A DNA stretch of 58,880 bases from an uncultured Pirellulales bacterium (lineage in GTDB: Bacteria > Planctomycetota > Phycisphaerae > Sedimentisphaerales > Anaerobacaceae): the NCBI GenBank assembly GCA_964564845.1, contig CAZMCN010000001.1:1-58880 (forward strand), in the 5' to 3' direction. Position numbers and translations under genes: made by a program. The notes beneath the pieces are model-generated. The model was not told the DNA's origin and did not search any database. It was given only the letters and a program-made list of their open reading frames with translations. Positions 54,898 to 58,880 of this stretch are shown piece by piece. Each line of letters starts with the position of its first letter. Within the stretch, counting starts at the first letter, position 1.

Positions 54898-55842
54898 TTA
54901 AGAACCCATCGCCTTTGCCAAATCCATCTTCGTATCGATAACCGCCTGTTCGATGCACCTTTTCCAGTCATCGCCGAACTGCTCTCTGTATTTTGGCTTC
55001 TCGTAAGCGTAAATAATTGAGCGTGATGCATTGATTAGCGCCCCTGTACCGTCATCTTTGCAGAACCGCACACACTCTTGTGCCGAGGCCCCTTGCCAGC
55101 CGTAGCCCGGCACCAGAAACCACACCTTGTCGTATTTCTCCCGCAGAGCCGTTGTAACTTCAGGCGCAGTCCCCCCGATTATCATTCCGACGTTGCTGTA
55201 GCCGCTGCCGCCGATTCGCTCCGGCTTATCGGCGATTCGACCGACTATCTCGGCAATCTTTTCATACATCTTTTCGCCGCTGCTGTTGGCAAAATCCTGA
55301 ATCGCCGCCGACGATGGGTTACTGCCGCGGACCCACACAAACACACCTTTGCCCTGCTCGTCTGCCATTTTCACAAATGGCTCAATCCCGTCTTCGCCCG
55401 CAAAACCGCTAATCGTAATTGCATCCGGTGCTACAGTGTCTTCAAGCCCCACCAACTGCGAATTCTCAAGATGAGCCGCAGCGTAAAGCCCCGCCGTATG
55501 CCCGATGTCTCCACGCTTCACGTCACCGATTATCTCCAGACCAAGCTCGTTACCCTCCGAAACCAACGAATAATATGTCTCCACCCCCTCCCAGAGATAC
55601 TTCTCGAAAAACGCTATATTTATCTTCACTGCAGCCACCATCGGAGCAACAATTCGAAGAACCTGTGTGCAAAAATCAAATGTCGCATCAACCGCCGCCG
55701 CCGCATCAAACTCATCATTCATCTCGCGATGGTCCTTTATCGCAGAAGGCAGTCGGCTGTAAACAGGGTCCAGCCCGACAATCAAAGGCGTCTTCTTATT
55801 GTCCACCGCTTCGCACAAACGGTCTGCAAAATGGCTCAACAT
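54898..55842 (-). CDS. pyrF: Orotidine 5'-phosphate decarboxylase (long, type 2)
   Basis: Motifs are LIVGLDP ... KINIAFFE ... IGDVKRGDIGHT ... 314 aa. Confidence 0.92.
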   Translation of the reverse strand: MLSHFADRLCEAVDNKKTPLIVGLDPVYSRLPSAIKDHREMNDEFDAAAAVDATFDFCTQVLRIVAPMVAAVKINIAFFEKYLWEGVETYYSLVSEGNELGLEIIGDVKRGDIGHTAGLYAAAHLENSQLVGLEDTVAPDAITISGFAGEDGIEPFVKMADEQGKGVFVWVRGSNPSSAAIQDFANSSGEKMYEKIAEIVGRIADKPERIGGSGYSNVGMIIGGTAPEVTTALREKYDKVWFLVPGYGWQGASAQECVRFCKDDGTGALINASRSIIYAYEKPKYREQFGDDWKRCIEQAVIDTKMDLAKAMGS

Positions 55843-55913
55843 TCTTCAAAAACCCCTCTTTGACAAACTTAAATCCTATAAAATCCTTTCTATCAGACCA
55901 CTAACTTACTATA

Positions 55914-56672
55914 ATGATACACCTGCCATTGAGCAAGATAGAAATTCAAAACCCAAATTTTTACTGTGATTTCGGACAGCCGCAAAATTTGAAAAAAAGA
56001 AAAAAAAGAAAGTTCAAAAGAATCTACTGGCTCCTAATCGACCTGGCCATAATGGCCGTCGTCCTTATTTTACTGCTGTACAAGCCGGCTCGTTATAATC
56101 CCTTTGCTCTCGCCCCTGCCGGCCTGCAGCAGAACCAGGTACATCCATATCTGACACACGATTTATCAACCCAGCTCTATAATGGCCTGCAGTCCGGCAG
56201 ACCATTCGATTTAGTCATAATGCAAAAACCATTAAACGAAGTCGTCGCCTTCTCCGGCTGGCCAAAGCAGGCAGAGGGTACAAACTTCTCAGCGCCCGAA
56301 GTCTTTTTCGAGCCGGGCAGAATCGTACTGATGGGAACCGCTGCTACCGGCGGAGTGGATTTCGTCGTTACAATTGCCGTCGAGCCGACACTCAGCACGA
56401 AGGGACTCTTAAATCTAAAGGTAACCACCGTAAAAGTTGGCGCTTTGAATATCACGCCTCTTGCAAGGCTCATAGCTAAAAAAATGTACACCGAAAGAGC
56501 GTCAGATGTCTATGTGGACACAGCAGCTCCCTCTGCCAAAATTGCTGCCTCTTTGCTGAACGACGAATCTTTCGACCCCGTTTTCGTTTTTGAGGGCAAA
56601 AAGGTCCGGCTGGAAAAAATCACCATCGAGCAGCAGAAGCTTACCGCTGGCCTGAAACTAAACCAGCACTAA
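55914..56672 (+). CDS. Hypothetical membrane-anchored protein
   Basis: A Lys/Arg-rich stretch (KKRKKRKFKR) precedes a single TM (IYWLLIDLAIMAVVLILLLY) and a ~190-aa soluble domain with no motif I recognise. Confidence 0.5.
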   Translation: MIHLPLSKIEIQNPNFYCDFGQPQNLKKRKKRKFKRIYWLLIDLAIMAVVLILLLYKPARYNPFALAPAGLQQNQVHPYLTHDLSTQLYNGLQSGRPFDLVIMQKPLNEVVAFSGWPKQAEGTNFSAPEVFFEPGRIVLMGTAATGGVDFVVTIAVEPTLSTKGLLNLKVTTVKVGALNITPLARLIAKKMYTERASDVYVDTAAPSAKIAASLLNDESFDPVFVFEGKKVRLEKITIEQQKLTAGLKLNQH

Positions 56673-56728
56673 AATCTCAACACCAATAGTCAGTCGTCAA
56701 TGACACAGCAATCTCAACCGACTAACGA

Positions 56729-58420
56729 CTAAAAACACCCTGCCAGCCAGCTCTCGCCAAGCTGGCGTAAATCATTAACATCGACTCTTCCGTCGCCGGT
56801 CAGCTCTGCCCAGCCGCACTGCCCGCAGCCTGTCTCCAGCCAATGCCCTGCAAGCTCAGCAAAGTCACCCAAATCCACATCCCCATCGCCGTCAATGTCC
56901 TCCAGAAACCCCGGTAATTGATACCAAAACCCCACTGACGCCCACTCCGACCCGACATCGCCGTATCTGCATTCGACATTCACTTCGATTGACTGGGAAA
57001 ATGGGATACAGTCGGCTATCCGCCAGCGGTACTGGTCGGCCCTCGCTATACCCTCTTCTTTATGTACATAGAGGATTCCATTCAGCGGCCGGGTCGCCGA
57101 CTGAGGACGGGTACCTTCCGGCTCATCCGGCTGGGCCGCAATCCAATTATAGTAAGCTCCGCCGTTATATGCATCTTCCAGTCCGGTCCCCCATTGTGTT
57201 ATTAACCCGTCAACAGTAATGACATCGTCTCCTTCCAGCATGCGGAAGCTGTTGGAATCCTGCCGCACATAGAGCAAGTCCCCCACGTAATGTCCGCGCC
57301 CCGTTGTGGACAATATCGTGTGATAAGTTTCTCCTGCCCTTGTTAAACTATTCTCCACCGCATACAAATAGCACATATCCTTCTCGAGTTGCCCCGGTTC
57401 GTACTCGACTTCCACAGAGTCAATATTGATTGACCCCTCGGTAGTATTGCAGAGCCTGACCTCTGCCGACTCACGAAACGGCATAGGCCAGTAGCAGTAA
57501 AATCCCTCATTGACATCGTTCGGGTCGGTCCCTATGGGCAGGCTTCGATAAGCAGCTCGTCCTTTGCCGGCGCCAAAAAAACGCGCCACAGAAACATCGA
57601 TTGCTGCTGCCGCCGAATCGTCATAATATACCCGCAATTGTACCCCATAGAGTTCTACATCATTTGTGTCATCCATTCGCACGTTTATTTTCCGTATCAC
57701 ACCTGGCCCGGGCAAAGCCAGTGTTAAACTTGCTCCGCCCGGAATTAACCTCGGACCTGTACTTATTGTCTCTGCTGTGGGACTGTCGCCTGCCGGATGC
57801 TGCCCGACATTCTCAAACAGCGATGCCGTCTCCGACCGTGCCTGCTGCTGTTCAGGTGTTAACTGACCCGTGTAAGAATTAACCTCCGTCACGGATGGAA
57901 ATGTAAGATAGCTGTACTGATAATAGTGACGATTTTCAAACGGACCGCTTGCTTTGTTCACCGTCTCAATACGCAGTGACCGGGCAAACCCAATCGGCTC
58001 ATAACATACTTGTCCTCCCGCACACGTGGTTATCAAAGGCTCGGAAAAATAGCTGAATGTTCCACCCATAACCGCGATACTATTGGTATCGATGCCGGCA
58101 GTGCCTTCGCCGTCGAAGTACATACGAACCACATAGTCGTTTTTGGCCATAATGTGAGGCATCCAGAAACGGTAAATCATCCCCGGCCCGTCTATTGTTT
58201 TGACCGTCGCAACCACCTCTTCTGTGAGCAGTCCCAGCGGAAATTCATAGTGGCTCCAGTCTGAATTTTCTCCCGTTCGGTCGTAGCTTGACGCCAGACC
58301 CGCCTCAACTGCGACTCGCAAACGTGCCCACTGCCGCCATTGTGTATAAGCATCATAGCCCACGGGAACTTCTGCAAAAACGTACGAAACAGTCGGAAGT
58401 ATCGCTGTGATTATTGACAC
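56729..58420 (-). CDS. DUF2961 / glycoside hydrolase family 172-like protein with a C-terminal dockerin-like tail
   Basis: SSYDRTGENSDW...GPGMIYRFWMPH... is typical of the DUF2961 N-terminus. The C-terminus is DIDGDGDVDLGDFAELAGHWL...LTGDGRVDVNDLRQLGESWL. The track start is a GTG inside the signal-peptide h-region, and the true start is probably upstream (see findings). Confidence 0.8.
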   Translation of the reverse strand: MSIITAILPTVSYVFAEVPVGYDAYTQWRQWARLRVAVEAGLASSYDRTGENSDWSHYEFPLGLLTEEVVATVKTIDGPGMIYRFWMPHIMAKNDYVVRMYFDGEGTAGIDTNSIAVMGGTFSYFSEPLITTCAGGQVCYEPIGFARSLRIETVNKASGPFENRHYYQYSYLTFPSVTEVNSYTGQLTPEQQQARSETASLFENVGQHPAGDSPTAETISTGPRLIPGGASLTLALPGPGVIRKINVRMDDTNDVELYGVQLRVYYDDSAAAAIDVSVARFFGAGKGRAAYRSLPIGTDPNDVNEGFYCYWPMPFRESAEVRLCNTTEGSINIDSVEVEYEPGQLEKDMCYLYAVENSLTRAGETYHTILSTTGRGHYVGDLLYVRQDSNSFRMLEGDDVITVDGLITQWGTGLEDAYNGGAYYNWIAAQPDEPEGTRPQSATRPLNGILYVHKEEGIARADQYRWRIADCIPFSQSIEVNVECRYGDVGSEWASVGFWYQLPGFLEDIDGDGDVDLGDFAELAGHWLETGCGQCGWAELTGDGRVDVNDLRQLGESWLAGCF

Positions 58421-58498
58421 AATATAGACTTGTTTTTTCGTTTCTGCCTCCTCCTGCCGATAAAATAAGCCGAATACCTTCTGTTCCTGCGGGTCTTA

Positions 58499-58527
58499 AT
58501 TATATGATTTGCCGCAGCTAAAATCAA
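58499..58527 (-). promoter_or_regulatory. Sigma-70-like promoter for the GH172-like gene
   Basis: On the minus strand the -35 is TTGATT (58527-58522), the spacer is 17 nt and the -10 is a perfect TATAAT (58504-58499). It lies about 55 nt upstream of the SD AGGAGGAGG. Confidence 0.45.
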
Positions 58528-58577
58528 ATAAAAAGTTGTCATCGCAAGGCCTGAAAGGCTGCCGGAAGCTCGAAATT

Positions 58578-58745
58578 GTTTAGCCCCTAAGTTTAATCTT
58601 GGGGGTTTTGTCGTTATGGTTAGCCCCCGCACCCGTGGCAGGGGACCATTCTCGTTGCACGGGGGTTGTCGTTATATTTATCCCCTGTTTTATACTGGGG
58701 GTTCCTTTTCTGTTAGCCCCCTGCACCGCAGGGGGTTCCCCACCC
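58578..58745. repeat. Cluster of four degenerate C4-5/G5 hairpin units (REP-like)
   Basis: The unit TTAGCCCC(C)-loop-GGGGGTT occurs four times with loops of 13, 32, 11 and 9 nt. The last unit is a perfect CCCCCTGC-ACC-GCAGGGGG hairpin. Two units are followed by GTCGTTAT. Confidence 0.5.
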
Positions 58746-58880
58746 TCCGGCTGTTGCTTTTTGCCTGCCCCGAACCCGATGTGCTTCAGTTGTCATTGCG
58801 AGCGCAGTGAAGCAATCTCAATTATAACTGAACTTTTGCAAAATTGGGAATAATAGGGGACGTTCTATTATATAAGCCGG

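Noticed and set aside
58578-58745. A CRISPR array at the window end.
   Set aside because: The repeat units are degenerate, the spacing is irregular (loops of 9-32 nt) and each unit is self-complementary. There are no uniform 28-37-nt repeats separated by unique spacers, and no cas genes are in view.

Overview
This is a 58.9-kb chromosomal window with no rRNA, CRISPR array, transposase or integrase. The gene content suggests a Planctomycetota (Phycisphaerae-like) genome, which is inference only. Supporting signs are three secreted proteins with C-terminal dockerin-like tails, STELLO-like, TIGR03790-like and DUF2723 genes, and a murC-murB-ddl-ftsQ block that ends without ftsA/ftsZ. Layout: (1) 1-5.7 kb is housekeeping: ATP-citrate lyase aclB/aclA, hisA, a discoidin-domain lipoprotein, tRNA-Ser(CGA), a CBS membrane protein and tRNA-Leu(CAG). 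(2) 6.0-10.0 kb encodes a 1322-aa secreted protein built from three copies of an unassigned ~200-aa module. (3) 10.5-13.7 kb is a minus-strand gene string: LAB_N, an exported SagB-nitroreductase::DJ-1 fusion, folE and a tandem PTPS. (4) 13.9-44.3 kb is a surface-glycan locus whose minus-strand core is about 28 kb. It holds Wzx/Wzy-type genes, gmd, fcl, ugd, an SDR, many glycosyltransferases, an FkbM methyltransferase, a DegT aminotransferase, a FemAB-like acyltransferase, a PglC-like initiating transferase, a KamA-type radical SAM enzyme, a GT-C DUF2723 protein, two secreted glycan-active proteins and a decayed paralogue fragment. (5) 44.9-55.8 kb is a fragmented peptidoglycan/division block (pyrF-murD ... 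murC-murB-ddl-ftsQ) interrupted by PilZ, cobO, ispD and a DUF2975/YozG-type pair. (6) 56.7-58.4 kb is a GH172(DUF2961)-dockerin gene, followed by a cluster of C5/G5 hairpins at the window edge. The signals most worth a second look are a structured leader with alternative pairings and a 7-codon uORF upstream of the PilZ gene, the pterin/SagB-DJ-1/LAB_N operon, the triple-module giant protein, an aminomutase embedded in the glycan operon, a frameshifted paralogue remnant, a frameshifted DUF2975 gene, a probable non-AUG start, and a 20-nt exact repeat linking the murC leader and the ftsQ coding sequence. All functional calls come from motif recognition by eye. No searches were run.
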